A stretch of DNA of 63,854 nucleotides from Elusimicrobiota bacterium. Its GTDB lineage: Bacteria > Elusimicrobiota > Elusimicrobia > Elusimicrobiales > UBA9959. Every line of letters begins with the position of its first letter. Positions within the stretch are counted from its first letter, which is position 1. This document shows positions 36,135 to 45,833 of this stretch, piece by piece. The translations under genes and the position numbers were made by a program. The stretch covers positions 1-63,854 of the forward strand of contig DMES01000073.1 of the NCBI GenBank assembly GCA_003450815.1. The letters are read 5' to 3'. The notes below the pieces were generated by a model. It saw only the letters and a program-made list of their open reading frames with translations, did not search any database and was not told the DNA's origin.

Positions 36135-38174
36135 ATGAAACAATATTGGAAAAAACATGAGCGGCGCCCGGCCGCGAAACAGGCATCACCCCGCCGCAAG
36201 CTTCCGGGCAGACAAGCGGAAGGGGGGGGGCAACCGTATGCAAAGGGGGCGTCCCAGGACATTCTTGAAGGCGTGATACAGCATCACGGAGGATTCGCTT
36301 TTTTACTTGCTGAAACCGAAGGCGGCAGCGATGTGTTTTTGAGGGGCCGTGGGCTTGACCTTGCCATGGACGGGGACCGCGTACAGGCGAAAGTGCGCCG
36401 TGAGCGCAATGGCCGCTTATTGGGCGAGATAACTTGTGTCCTTAAACGCGCCCATACTTCCACGGTAGGCATTCTTAAACACTCGTCCGGAGGCTGGGCA
36501 TTATTCCCTGAAAAAGGCTTTGCCCCGCCTGCCCAGGTTATAGGTTTTGCGCCGAAGATAAAACCAAGAGAAGGAGCTTTTGCCGTGCTGGTGATAACGC
36601 GCTGGCCCACGGCGGATGCAGGAGCCGCAGGAACAATAACCGAGGTGCTTGGAGACCCTGACAATGTGCGCGTGCGCATAAACGCGCTGCTGCGGGCGCG
36701 CGATATTATAGAAGATTTCCCGAAAGAAGCTCTGGCTCAAAGCGCCGCGTTCGGCTCAAAGCTTGAAAGCGCTCATTGGAAAGGCCGGGAGGAACTGTTC
36801 CACCTACCGATAGTGACTATAGACGGAGCCGACGCGAAGGATTTCGACGACGCGGTTTCGCTTGAGCGCGTGGACGGGAATCTGCTGCGGCTCGGAGTGC
36901 ATATAGCCGATGTGGCGCACTATGTGCAGGCGGGAACCGCGCTTGACAAAGAAGCCTACTTGCGCGGCACAAGCGTGTACCTGCCGGACAGGGTAGTTCC
37001 CATGCTGCCGCCGGCGCTTTCCAATAATTTGTGCAGCCTGGTACCGAACCAGCCAAGGCTCACGCTGTCCATATTCATGGACATTAATTCCAGCGGCCGG
37101 GTGACGCGGCGGCGCATGGCCCGGACTGTAATCCGTTCCTGCCGGCGCTTTACCTACGACGAGGTGGAACTGCTCCTTAACGATAAAGAGGTGCCAGCAG
37201 TACCGCCGGCGGTGGCGCAAGCAATCCCGCGCATGGGCGAGCTTGCAGTCCTCCTTAACAAAGTCAGGGTAAAACGGGGCGCTTTGGATTTCAACCTGCC
37301 GGAATATAAAGTGGAAACTGACCCTGACGGCAAACCTTTGAAGGTAGTGCTGCGCCCAAGGCTTCAAAGCCACCGCCTGATAGAGGAATTCATGCTGCTC
37401 GCTAACGAGTCAGTGGCCACAGAGCTGATGGCCGCAAAGATCCCGTTTTTGCACCGCCGCCACGACGCGCCGGACCCCGCCAAGTTAAAAGCCCTGGCGG
37501 AAACGCTGAAAGATCTGGGCTTGTCGGCTGGACACATTACTGGCGGCAACACCCACAAAGGGCTGCAGGATGTGCTGCGCCAGGCGAGCGGAAACCCGCT
37601 TGAGGATATAATGAATTCCCTGATAGTGCGCAGCATGCGTCAGGCGGTTTACTCTCCGGAATCATCCGGGCATTTCGGCATAGCGGCGCGGGCCTACTCC
37701 CACTTTACTTCGCCCATCCGCAGATATCCGGATCTGATGACGCACCGGGCGGTAATAGCGTTTCTGGCCGGCAGGAAAGAAAACTTCGTCAATTTTACGC
37801 TTGAAAAAGCGGGCGTACATTGCTCGGTGCGGGAACGCGCGGCGGCGGAGGCGGAACACAAATCCGTTGACCTGATGCGCGCCGAACTTTTTAAGTCACA
37901 GGTCGGCGCAGTAATGGACGGCACTGTGACGGCGGTCACCGAAAGCGGCGCGTTTATACGCTTAGGAGACACGGGCGCTGAAGGGCTGCTGCGCGGCTCC
38001 ACTTTAAAACCCGGCTCCAAGGTGAGCGTAAAGGTATCCGCCGTTGACACCGCAAAGGGCCAAATTGATTTGGCGCCAATAGCTCAAAAGATCCCGCCAG
38101 CCGCGAATTGGCAGGTGTCACACTGGGAAAAGCGTAAACACCATAGCGGCCGCGGAAGGGGAAGGCGGGGATAA
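36135..38174 (+). CDS. rnr: Ribonuclease R / RNase II family exoribonuclease
   Basis: TIDGADAKDFDDA, HIADV, SHRLIEEFMLLAN, HFTSPIRRYPD, S1 domain, basic tail. Confidence 0.93.
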   Translation: MKQYWKKHERRPAAKQASPRRKLPGRQAEGGGQPYAKGASQDILEGVIQHHGGFAFLLAETEGGSDVFLRGRGLDLAMDGDRVQAKVRRERNGRLLGEITCVLKRAHTSTVGILKHSSGGWALFPEKGFAPPAQVIGFAPKIKPREGAFAVLVITRWPTADAGAAGTITEVLGDPDNVRVRINALLRARDIIEDFPKEALAQSAAFGSKLESAHWKGREELFHLPIVTIDGADAKDFDDAVSLERVDGNLLRLGVHIADVAHYVQAGTALDKEAYLRGTSVYLPDRVVPMLPPALSNNLCSLVPNQPRLTLSIFMDINSSGRVTRRRMARTVIRSCRRFTYDEVELLLNDKEVPAVPPAVAQAIPRMGELAVLLNKVRVKRGALDFNLPEYKVETDPDGKPLKVVLRPRLQSHRLIEEFMLLANESVATELMAAKIPFLHRRHDAPDPAKLKALAETLKDLGLSAGHITGGNTHKGLQDVLRQASGNPLEDIMNSLIVRSMRQAVYSPESSGHFGIAARAYSHFTSPIRRYPDLMTHRAVIAFLAGRKENFVNFTLEKAGVHCSVRERAAAEAEHKSVDLMRAELFKSQVGAVMDGTVTAVTESGAFIRLGDTGAEGLLRGSTLKPGSKVSVKVSAVDTAKGQIDLAPIAQKIPPAANWQVSHWEKRKHHSGRGRGRRG

Positions 38175-38180
38175 TTTTTA

Positions 38181-38891
38181 TTACTTAACCAAAAGAGTTT
38201 TTATCTTTTCTATGTCCTGAAGATAGGCTGGATTTTTCAGGAGCTGGGTGTGGAATTCATCTCCGAAAATCTTTCCGGCCGCTATATCGCTGGGGTAGTG
38301 CACCCCGCCTATAACACGATCGCCGGCTATTTCGTCCGCCTTCCTGATAAATTCGTCCTTTCTTTCAGGCATAATATCGCCCAGCACGTCTGCAAAAACC
38401 CTAGCGAATAACGAATGGCCGCTGGGATAGGAAAAACTCCCGCTCTTTCTTATGCAGGGCTTGGCGTCAGGATAAGCGTTGTAAGGCCTTATCCGCCGAT
38501 AGCGGTTTTTCATTATATTAGCGGCCTCATCTAAATCTGAGGCCACACGCTCAAAAAACGCTTTCACCTCAGGCGGGCGGGGCTCGGCAAAAGGGTTCTT
38601 CCCGGCCCAAAAAAAATCATATGAAGCGTCCGCGGTAGCGGAAGACCTGGCGCAATCGGCGGCTGTGCGTTTTGCCTGCCAATCCAGCACAGCCTCAATA
38701 TCCGCCTTCTGTTCAACTGAGTTTTCCGCCGGTGGAGGGGGAAAGTCGGCGGACCTGAATGGTTCCGCGCTTACGTAAAATATTTCACGGACCGCATGAG
38801 CCGCAGGTGCGGCGGGAATATTCCGGTTAGCGCAAGCCCCAAGCGCAAGCGCCAAAACAAACAGCAAAAGGTTTTTTCTTTTTAAATTCAT
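38181..38891 (-). CDS. Class A acid phosphatase (PAP2) lipoprotein
   Basis: LGAC lipobox; KNRYRRIRP, SYPSGH, RVIGGVHYPSDI; TGnTATAAT 6 nt before ATG 38891. Confidence 0.9.
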   Translation of the reverse strand: MNLKRKNLLLFVLALALGACANRNIPAAPAAHAVREIFYVSAEPFRSADFPPPPAENSVEQKADIEAVLDWQAKRTAADCARSSATADASYDFFWAGKNPFAEPRPPEVKAFFERVASDLDEAANIMKNRYRRIRPYNAYPDAKPCIRKSGSFSYPSGHSLFARVFADVLGDIMPERKDEFIRKADEIAGDRVIGGVHYPSDIAAGKIFGDEFHTQLLKNPAYLQDIEKIKTLLVK

Positions 38892-39034
38892 AGAACAATT
38901 ATAACATGATAAGGAACGCTGCCACCAAACACCAAAGGGCAAATAGATTCATTCTCCACGCGCAAAAGGCCTTACCGGCGGCATAAACGTTCGGTGAAAG
39001 AGCATGGCAAAACTGTGAAACGATTTTCACTGTA

Positions 39035-39195
39035 GGGAGCCGGCAGGTTTTCTGCGCGCTCCGAGACCGGGTTTTATGTGAAGAAGGCCGGGGCCTTCCG
39101 CCGGCTCCGGGACTCGGCAAAAAACAAAGTTTTTTGCCTCAGACATCCTCGCCGTCCCATAGGGATTCGCTCCAGACCCCCGGCCTTAGTTCATG
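39035..39195. repeat. Structured element at left edge of AT-rich island (half copy of family C plus long hairpin)
   Basis: CGGCAGGTTTTCTGCGCGCTCCGAGACCGGGTTTT resembles 2029-2063; AAGGCCGGGG/CCCCGGCCTT and GGCAAAAAAC/GTTTTTTGCC stems. Confidence 0.6.
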
Positions 39196-39209
39196 CCGCT
39201 TAATTAATC

Positions 39210-39857
39210 TTAGATGGCATCTCGAATGATATTTTTGAATGTCTCGGGGATTTCTTTAAGCGCGGTTAATCCTACTTTATTAAAAAATGGCCGCAAACAG
39301 TTTGTCTCGATAAAATCCAAATCTATTCTATTAACCTCAACCTCTGCTGTGGATATTTCGACATCTCCGGTTATTTTGAACTCCTTAGGGAGAGCATCAA
39401 CCGCCCGTTCACTCCGAAAGCCTTCGGAAGTTGCGGCGCATTTCCCCTCAACATTTGCAAGACATATTGTAAATATTATTTTGTTTGTATATTCAAAATG
39501 GGTGTAAATCTTTTTAGCAAAGGGAATAAAATCTTTAATGCACCCAATCAGCATCTCTGGATAAATTGCATTGGTTATCGGATGCGTTGCTCCCCTGCCA
39601 TAAACGATCTGCCCTTTACTTTTTATTTGTGTAAAGGTGACAAAAGAATTATCATCACCTCGGAAATACAAATAATCTTCTATTTTGTGGAAATAATCAT
39701 AATTTTTAGTTCCTGAACCGAATGGAGCCAACTGCATAATCTGATTAGGAATCCAATAAGAATTTTCTTCATTTTTGGGAATTATCATCCCAACACATGG
39801 GGTTATTTTTAGAAAAAATCTCGGCAATTTAGAGTTTAAAATATTTTCTTCACACAT
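39210..39857 (-). CDS. Hypothetical protein (AT-rich island)
   Basis: 215-aa ORF with AT-rich codon usage; no motif recognised. Confidence 0.65.
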   Translation of the reverse strand: MCEENILNSKLPRFFLKITPCVGMIIPKNEENSYWIPNQIMQLAPFGSGTKNYDYFHKIEDYLYFRGDDNSFVTFTQIKSKGQIVYGRGATHPITNAIYPEMLIGCIKDFIPFAKKIYTHFEYTNKIIFTICLANVEGKCAATSEGFRSERAVDALPKEFKITGDVEISTAEVEVNRIDLDFIETNCLRPFFNKVGLTALKEIPETFKNIIRDAI

Positions 39858-39859
39858 AA

Positions 39860-40213
39860 CTATTTCTCCTTTTTATCAATAATTCCCCACAAACCTCTTA
39901 CATCTTCTACAAGACCCTTGATAAGATCTGTGTCTGGATAGGGAAGTTTAGTAATAGCGTCGCTTTGCCCTTCCATTTTTTCAAGTCGGCTTTTTAATTT
40001 TATAATTACGCCCCCATATTTAATACTTTCAATCTTTTCAACGATTCTGTCTACAAATTGGTTAACTGACCTATTATTTAAAATAAACTCCCCATAAACC
40101 ACCAAGCCGATAAAGGCAAAAAACGCATATTTAATGTTTGCTAATTTTATTGCTGCCAGTGCTAGACAAATAAAGCCAAAACAAATTAGATGTCTAAAAA
40201 ATTTTAGCCTCAT
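39860..40213 (-). CDS. Hypothetical two-TM protein (AT-rich island)
   Basis: AGGGG SD; two N-terminal TMs; abuts next ORF. Confidence 0.65.
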   Translation of the reverse strand: MRLKFFRHLICFGFICLALAAIKLANIKYAFFAFIGLVVYGEFILNNRSVNQFVDRIVEKIESIKYGGVIIKLKSRLEKMEGQSDAITKLPYPDTDLIKGLVEDVRGLWGIIDKKEK

Positions 40214-40450
40214 GTTCTATCCCCTTTCTGCGCTATATAAAAGTTTTTACTATACGAGTTGTTTATAATTTTGTGAACTGTCTTCTAATGTTTCAAATCG
40301 CAGTGAAACTTGGGCGAATTGTAATACCAGCCATCTGCTTACCGCAGGCAACTAATTGAATAACGTAGCCTGATTCTTGTTTTAAACCATCCGTCTTAGG
40401 CAAGCGAGTGAATAGCACATATGTGATTACAGATTTTTATATTTTAACAG

Positions 40451-42664
40451 CTACCTACCGCAGCGGAACCCGTTGCTGACGAGCGAGGAGGACGGAGCAT
40501 AGAACGCGTTGAAAGTAAACACCCCGGCTGACACATCGTCGGGCCAGCCGCCCCCACGGATTACCGCATTGGTCGTTAGCCCGCCAAAGTACTTGCCCAC
40601 TCCATAAGCGCTAGTCCAACTGCTATTTGAAGGACCAAGAAGCGGTCGCTCCTGGCTTAAATCAGGGCTTGTACTACTCCAGTCATACCAACCGCTCGTA
40701 TTAAAAGTAACTCCACCAGGTGTACCCTGCGTTCCAGTCGCGCCAGCTCCATAAATCCATTCCGACACATTCCCCGACCAGTCCCAGATTTCTCCTCCAT
40801 TTGAAAGGACAAGCTTTGCCTTTGCATCTCTGCCGGTACCGAATTCCGGAGTAGCACCTATATAACTTGCACTGTCGGTTATACTAAGATTACCGCGCTT
40901 TAAACCACCGCCGGCAGACACTAGACTGCCTATTATTCCATTAGCCCAGTTGGCTGTTTGGGCTTCAATATTTCTGTTGACAGTCTGTGCTTCCGCTATG
41001 GTAAGCAAGTGATATCCTGACCCAAGAGCGGAACATGCCGCTATTGAACTAGATAGATCAATGTTCACCCAGGGAGTTATAACCGCCTGAGACGTTGCTA
41101 TCCCACTCACATTCTTTGCTTCGTATTGCATGACCCAAAAATCATTCGTTCCTATTGAAGAATTTCCTGGAACGAACACCCATTCTCCCCCAGCGGCTGG
41201 CGGTGTCGGGGTTGTATCGGAGGCCGAAGAAGATTGTCCTGAGCAATTGTCCACAGCATCACAAGCACTAACCGTATAAGAATAAGCGGTAGAGGCTGTA
41301 AGACCGGTATTACTATAGGTAGTGCCGGTTGGCATGGCTATGGGCGTAACGCCACCGTTCCTGTATATCTTGTAGTTTGTTACTCCGACATTATCGGTAG
41401 AGGCAGTCCAACTGAGGTTAATCTGGCTGCTGCTCACAGCTACGGCGGATAGGTTGGTTGGCACGGTGGGGGCTTGTGTGTCTGGCGACTTACCGCAGCG
41501 GAACCCAAATGTGTTAATCGAGTCGGATGTGCTGGCCTCTGCGCAAAAGGAGAACACCCCGGCGAACGCACCGTCCGCCCATGGCCCACCTCGGCGAGGT
41601 GCTTTGGTTGGTGCCCCGCCATAATAACTACCCACTCCATAAGCACCCGTCCAATTGCTGTTTGAAGGGCCAAGAACCGGTCGTTCCTGGTTTAAATCAG
41701 GGGTTACACTATTCCATTCATACCAAGCACTAGTAGCATAAAAAGCAACTCCGTCAGGAGCGCCCAACGTGCCACCTGCGCCAGTTCCATAAATCCATTC
41801 CCACACATTTCCTGACCAGTCCCAGATTTCTTCTCCATTGGAAAGAACAAGCTTTGCTTTTAAATTTCTGCTGGCACCATATTCCGCAGCACCACCTGCA
41901 TAACTTGCACTGTCGGTTATACCGACATTGCCACGTTTTAGACCGCCACCGGCAGACACCAGACTGCCAATTATTCCGTTAGCCCAATTGGCGGATTGAG
42001 CTTCAATGTTTCTGTTGATGGTCTGCGCTTCCGCTATTGTAATAAGATGATGGCCTGCTCCAAGAGCCGCGCAAGCAGCAACGGCCGTTGGGTGATTAAT
42101 ATATGACCAAGGAGTTACATCTGCCTGTGATGTCGCTACACCGCCCACATTCTTTGCTTCATATTTCATAACATAAAAATCATTGGTCCCAAGTGATAAA
42201 TTCCCTGGAACCAACACCCATTCACCTCCTACAATTGGTGGCAGTGTTGTGTCGGAAGCCGCAGAAGATTGTCCAGAGCAGTTACCAACACCATCGCAAG
42301 CACTTACCGTATAGGAATAAGCGGTAGAGGCTGTAAGGCCGGTATTACTATAGGTCGTGCCGGTTGGCATGGCTATGGGCGTAACGCCAGCGTTCCTGTA
42401 TATCTTGTAGTTAGTTACCCCCACATCGTCGCTAGAGGCGGTCCAACTGAGATTAATCTGGCTGCTGCTCACGGCTATGGCGGTTAGGTTGGTTGGCACG
42501 GTGGGTGTCTGTGCGTATAGCAAGGATGCCTTCCTTTGGGCCACCTTTTCATCCACTTTATCACCTGTTTTTTTGGCTGCTTTTATGAGGCCGAAACTAA
42601 AGCCGGCGTAAACTACCACCGGGATAATGAGGATAAAGAAAACACTAATAAGAAATTTTCGCAT
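40451..42664 (-). CDS. Secreted (FN3 + FGE/SUMF1-type CLec-fold) x2 protein; candidate DGR target
   Basis: Signal peptide; two PTVPTNL..INLSWTAS FN3 domains; two MKYEAK..DWSGNVWEW..RGGxW..AGVF..GFRC domains. Confidence 0.85.
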   Translation of the reverse strand: MRKFLISVFFILIIPVVVYAGFSFGLIKAAKKTGDKVDEKVAQRKASLLYAQTPTVPTNLTAIAVSSSQINLSWTASSDDVGVTNYKIYRNAGVTPIAMPTGTTYSNTGLTASTAYSYTVSACDGVGNCSGQSSAASDTTLPPIVGGEWVLVPGNLSLGTNDFYVMKYEAKNVGGVATSQADVTPWSYINHPTAVAACAALGAGHHLITIAEAQTINRNIEAQSANWANGIIGSLVSAGGGLKRGNVGITDSASYAGGAAEYGASRNLKAKLVLSNGEEIWDWSGNVWEWIYGTGAGGTLGAPDGVAFYATSAWYEWNSVTPDLNQERPVLGPSNSNWTGAYGVGSYYGGAPTKAPRRGGPWADGAFAGVFSFCAEASTSDSINTFGFRCGKSPDTQAPTVPTNLSAVAVSSSQINLSWTASTDNVGVTNYKIYRNGGVTPIAMPTGTTYSNTGLTASTAYSYTVSACDAVDNCSGQSSSASDTTPTPPAAGGEWVFVPGNSSIGTNDFWVMQYEAKNVSGIATSQAVITPWVNIDLSSSIAACSALGSGYHLLTIAEAQTVNRNIEAQTANWANGIIGSLVSAGGGLKRGNLSITDSASYIGATPEFGTGRDAKAKLVLSNGGEIWDWSGNVSEWIYGAGATGTQGTPGGVTFNTSGWYDWSSTSPDLSQERPLLGPSNSSWTSAYGVGKYFGGLTTNAVIRGGGWPDDVSAGVFTFNAFYAPSSSLVSNGFRCGR
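40456..42505. repeat. Intragenic tandem duplication, unit 1035 bp
   Basis: TACCGCAGCGGAACCC at 40456 and 41491; GCACGGTGGG at 41461 and 42496. Confidence 0.9.
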
Positions 42665-42679
42665 ATGACTTGTCCGATA

Positions 42680-43621
42680 TTATTTAAAATGCCAGTAAAC
42701 TCCCATATTCATCACATATTCAAGAGCGCTCGCGGATTCTGAAAATTTATCGTCGCTTAAGTTTATATACATGGGACCGAAGTCCATAAGCAAACCTATC
42801 TGTTTGGTTAAGAAAATCTCACCACCGACAAAAGCTCCTCCGGCGAAACCGGTACTCTTGCTTACTTTACCCTTGAAGGTTATGTAATCCGTCTCTAATC
42901 CCAAAAAAAGGCGTGGATTTGAAGAGTGTGTAAAATATCGGTAATATCTGGGACCCAGGGCAAGAACACCTGAGCCAGATTGTGCCCTTAACTCCCATGC
43001 ACTTTTGCCGCCGGTCACATATTTCAGAGATGCCCCAGGATAAAGCCCACCTAACGCCCAGTTTCCAACGGCAAGCGGATTTTTTGTTTCAGGCACTTGT
43101 GTCTTCTGAGATTGGGATCTTTTGTCTTCCGCTTCTTGCGGAGCTTCCTCTTTTGAAAACATTTTCACCATCTTCTCACACAAACCGGGGATTTCATCCC
43201 GGCTTTGTGCGGTAAGCTTTTTCCCTGATACAACTTCCCCTGTTTGCACATCTATAAAACGGACATTAAGTGTATAAGTTTCACCCATTTTTACCACACT
43301 ACCCACCGCAACAAGCTTTGCACCTAAAATTTTACCTATACCGACGGCGGTATTCTGGTCTACTGCTCCGCTTTGGCCCAGCTTTTGCTCTTCTAGAACC
43401 TGTTTGAGCATACCGCGTTCAACTACGGTATATTTTCCAGTTTCCATTAGAGTAGTCCGCAATATTTCCGCAGCCCCTTCGCCTAGTTCGGCGGAATCGC
43501 CGACAGTCTTAAAATCAAGGACCGCCATTTTAAGTTTATTTTCCGCGGCAATTAAAAAACTGCCGAAAAAGACGACAAATATGATAAATAAAAATATTTC
43601 CAGAACAGAGGTATGTTTCAT
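42680..43621 (-). CDS. CsgG/TolB-N-like penicillin-binding-activator-type domain fused to a small beta-barrel-like C-terminus
   Basis: MAVLDF, YTVVER..LKQVLEEQKL, IGKILGA, RFIDVQTGEV; alternating beta-strands ending in GVYWHFK; start uncertain. Confidence 0.75.
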   Translation of the reverse strand: MKHTSVLEIFLFIIFVVFFGSFLIAAENKLKMAVLDFKTVGDSAELGEGAAEILRTTLMETGKYTVVERGMLKQVLEEQKLGQSGAVDQNTAVGIGKILGAKLVAVGSVVKMGETYTLNVRFIDVQTGEVVSGKKLTAQSRDEIPGLCEKMVKMFSKEEAPQEAEDKRSQSQKTQVPETKNPLAVGNWALGGLYPGASLKYVTGGKSAWELRAQSGSGVLALGPRYYRYFTHSSNPRLFLGLETDYITFKGKVSKSTGFAGGAFVGGEIFLTKQIGLLMDFGPMYINLSDDKFSESASALEYVMNMGVYWHFK

Positions 43622-43816
43622 TATGCGAGTAAAACGCAAATCATAATTTTAAATTTGGCACGTTTTATCAGACTGCCCAAAAAATGTAAAGAAGTATCCC
43701 CAACTGTAATGATAGTATAGCCCACTGCACGGCAGCTGTCAATGCTTAAAGTATTTATATTAGTTATTGCTTTTGGGTATGTGGACCAGTTGTAACATAG
43801 GTTATACAATTTTCAT

Positions 43817-44176
43817 ATGTCAGAACATGATTTTCGCGTGACGGCGGGTAAAATAGTACGGCGGGAACGACTGAAGTTGGGCTGGTCCCAGGAGGAACTT
43901 GCCGAAAAAGCGGATCTGCACCCGTCTTTTATCGGTCAAATTGAGCGCGGGCTCAGGGCCGCGAGTTTTAAGACTTTGGAACACCTCGGCATGATATTTG
44001 GTTTGAAACCGGCGGATTTTTTGGCTGACGGGAACGAATCCGGCGCAATTTATAAACCACAGCCGTTGGAACGCAAGATTTTAAGCCTTCTTAAAGGCTC
44101 CTCCACAAGAGAACAGCATCTTATCTATCAAACCATAAGACACTTACTCCGCCAAAAACGCAGACTATTAAAATAA
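43817..44176 (+). CDS. XRE-family HTH transcriptional regulator
   Basis: WSQEELAEKADLHPSFIGQIERG; TACAAT 6 nt before ATG. Confidence 0.92.
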   Translation: MSEHDFRVTAGKIVRRERLKLGWSQEELAEKADLHPSFIGQIERGLRAASFKTLEHLGMIFGLKPADFLADGNESGAIYKPQPLERKILSLLKGSSTREQHLIYQTIRHLLRQKRRLLK

Positions 44177-44399
44177 CAGCCAATAGTTGAGCTACAGGCA
44201 ACAGACTGGACTATCTTACGGCTCTTCTTTCAGGAAATTATTGAACGCGCGATAAATGTGAACCGGCGTCTACGACGCCGTTATAACAAGGACAGCAAAT
44301 ATCCTTATTCGGTTGGGTAAAATTTAATAAAGGGCGGGATATTCAAGTTATAATTTGGGCGGGGACAACCACCTTTATATTTTTAAAAATAAGCTCTTT

Positions 44400-44542
44400 G
44401 GAGGGGTGGCCGGGGATTTGGTGGAGCAAAACGTCACGGAGGCCTGAGCTTGCGTAAGCGCGAAGGCCGAGTGTCGAGGGGCAGGCACGGTGTGCCTGAC
44501 CCCGTGTTTGCGGAAGCAAACCCCGGACAGGACCCCGAACTC
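44400..44542 (+). other. Structured intergenic element family A, copy 2
   Basis: Aligns with reverse complement of 1358-1500 with covarying stems. Confidence 0.75.
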
Positions 44543-44560
44543 GTTACAAAATTTGGATAT

Positions 44561-44594
44561 AAAAAAGCCGCCCGTTTTATACGGACGGCTTTTT
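44561..44594 (-). terminator. Intrinsic terminator of the GlmL-like operon
   Basis: Minus strand AGCCGTCCGT-ATAAA-ACGGGCGGCT followed by a T-run, just after stop 44607. Confidence 0.85.
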
Positions 44595-44606
44595 CAAGAT
44601 AGCCTC

Positions 44607-45731
44607 TTATTTTTCAAGTACTTCAATATTGGCGCGTGGGACAACTAATTTCTCTCCGCCGTCTAGTTCAACCTCAAGCACGCGCACACGGCTTTCACTG
44701 CCTACACTGACAAGCTCAGGCGGCAGCGACTTCACCGTGCCGATAACACCGAAATACGGCTCGCGGATAATCCGCACCGGGTCGCCCGGCTCTATCCAGC
44801 CGCGCCCCTGCTCTCTCTTACACTCCGTAACATTAACGGGATAGCCCGGCACTATTATTTCCGGCCGCATAACGCCCGCGCGTATCTGCGTGGCGCCCGA
44901 AACAGAAGCCTTCTCGCCGTTCCTGGAAGCGAGCAGCTTGAAAGTATATTCCGCCATGGGAATTGAGCCGAAACCCTCGGTGACTATCAGCGTAATCCCC
45001 AGGTTCTCGGTGCCGGTAACGGCCACCCCTATATCGTAGCCCATAAGTTCGCGCAGATCCCTGTCGTGTATGCCGCCCACCACCAAAGCCTTTACGCCTA
45101 TCTCAATGGCTCGTTTTATGGTGGAAAGACTGGCGTGCCTGCCGCCTATCAGAATTTTGCCCTTGTGTATGTCTTTTATCCCCTCGGGAGCCAGATCCTC
45201 CGCGGGGCTTTTAACCGCCATATCTATCGCGCCGCTGGTCTCTCCGCCAATGCCGAAAATACCCTGTATAAAAGTGCCTTCCGTTTCCACCGTTACGCCA
45301 AAGCCCTCGTGAACCTCCACCACTTTGCCTTTTATGTATGCCGCGAGCGGCAGTATCTTCGGCGGTTCTCTGAGCATTACCTGTCCCGTTATCAGGGAAA
45401 TAGACTCTATGGTGCCGGCTATCGGAGACTCTATGGCGGTTTTAAACCATTTTATGAAAGGCTTGTTTTCTGCGATAATCTCGCCTTTTGCTATAGTGTC
45501 ACCCTCGCCCTTCACCATGAAATTTTTTATTTCATCCGGCGCGACTGCCAGACGGTTAGCCACATTCACCGGAAAGACTTTGCCGGGCAGTGCGGTCTGG
45601 GCCACAATGTCAACCCCTTCCACTTCCTTGCCAAGCCCGACCAGCACCTTGCCTGGTATCGGCAGCACCCGCTTCTTTTTAAGCAGCGTGCAGGGAATAA
45701 CTTTTAATCCGGGAGTATAAGCGTGAGCCAT
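44607..45731 (-). CDS. Uncharacterised protein (MAHAYTPGL) with barrel-sandwich-hybrid motifs and C-terminal KOW
   Basis: VKGEGDTIAKGEIIA..ESPIAGTI hybrid motif; IQGIFGIGGE; PGDPVRIIREPYFG KOW-like; GGAGG SD. Confidence 0.85.
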   Translation of the reverse strand: MAHAYTPGLKVIPCTLLKKKRVLPIPGKVLVGLGKEVEGVDIVAQTALPGKVFPVNVANRLAVAPDEIKNFMVKGEGDTIAKGEIIAENKPFIKWFKTAIESPIAGTIESISLITGQVMLREPPKILPLAAYIKGKVVEVHEGFGVTVETEGTFIQGIFGIGGETSGAIDMAVKSPAEDLAPEGIKDIHKGKILIGGRHASLSTIKRAIEIGVKALVVGGIHDRDLRELMGYDIGVAVTGTENLGITLIVTEGFGSIPMAEYTFKLLASRNGEKASVSGATQIRAGVMRPEIIVPGYPVNVTECKREQGRGWIEPGDPVRIIREPYFGVIGTVKSLPPELVSVGSESRVRVLEVELDGGEKLVVPRANIEVLEK

Positions 45732-45752
45732 AATTGATATCCTCCAATAAAT

Positions 45753-45830
45753 TAGCGAATAGGGGCGAGCGTATAGGGGTTAGGGGCGGAGTTTCTTACC
45801 CTCTCCCCTATTCTCTATCCGCTATACGCT
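45753..45830. repeat. 7-mer tandem/inverted repeat insert
   Basis: TAGCGAA TAGGGGC GAGCGTA TAGGGGT TAGGGGC pairs with CCCCTA TTCTCTA TCCGCTA TACGCT. Confidence 0.8.
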
Positions 45831-45833
45831 GCT

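Noticed and set aside
38930-39030. c-di-GMP-I (GEMM) riboswitch suggested by GGGCAAA...GCAAAA
   Set aside because: No GAAA-tetraloop P2 stem or receptor; orientation does not lead into a gene
40214-40450. Integron attC site or DGR template repeat in the island's intergenic DNA (also 44177-44400)
   Set aside because: No convincing RYYYAAC/GTTRRRY-bounded hairpin and no AAC-rich copy of the variable region found by eye
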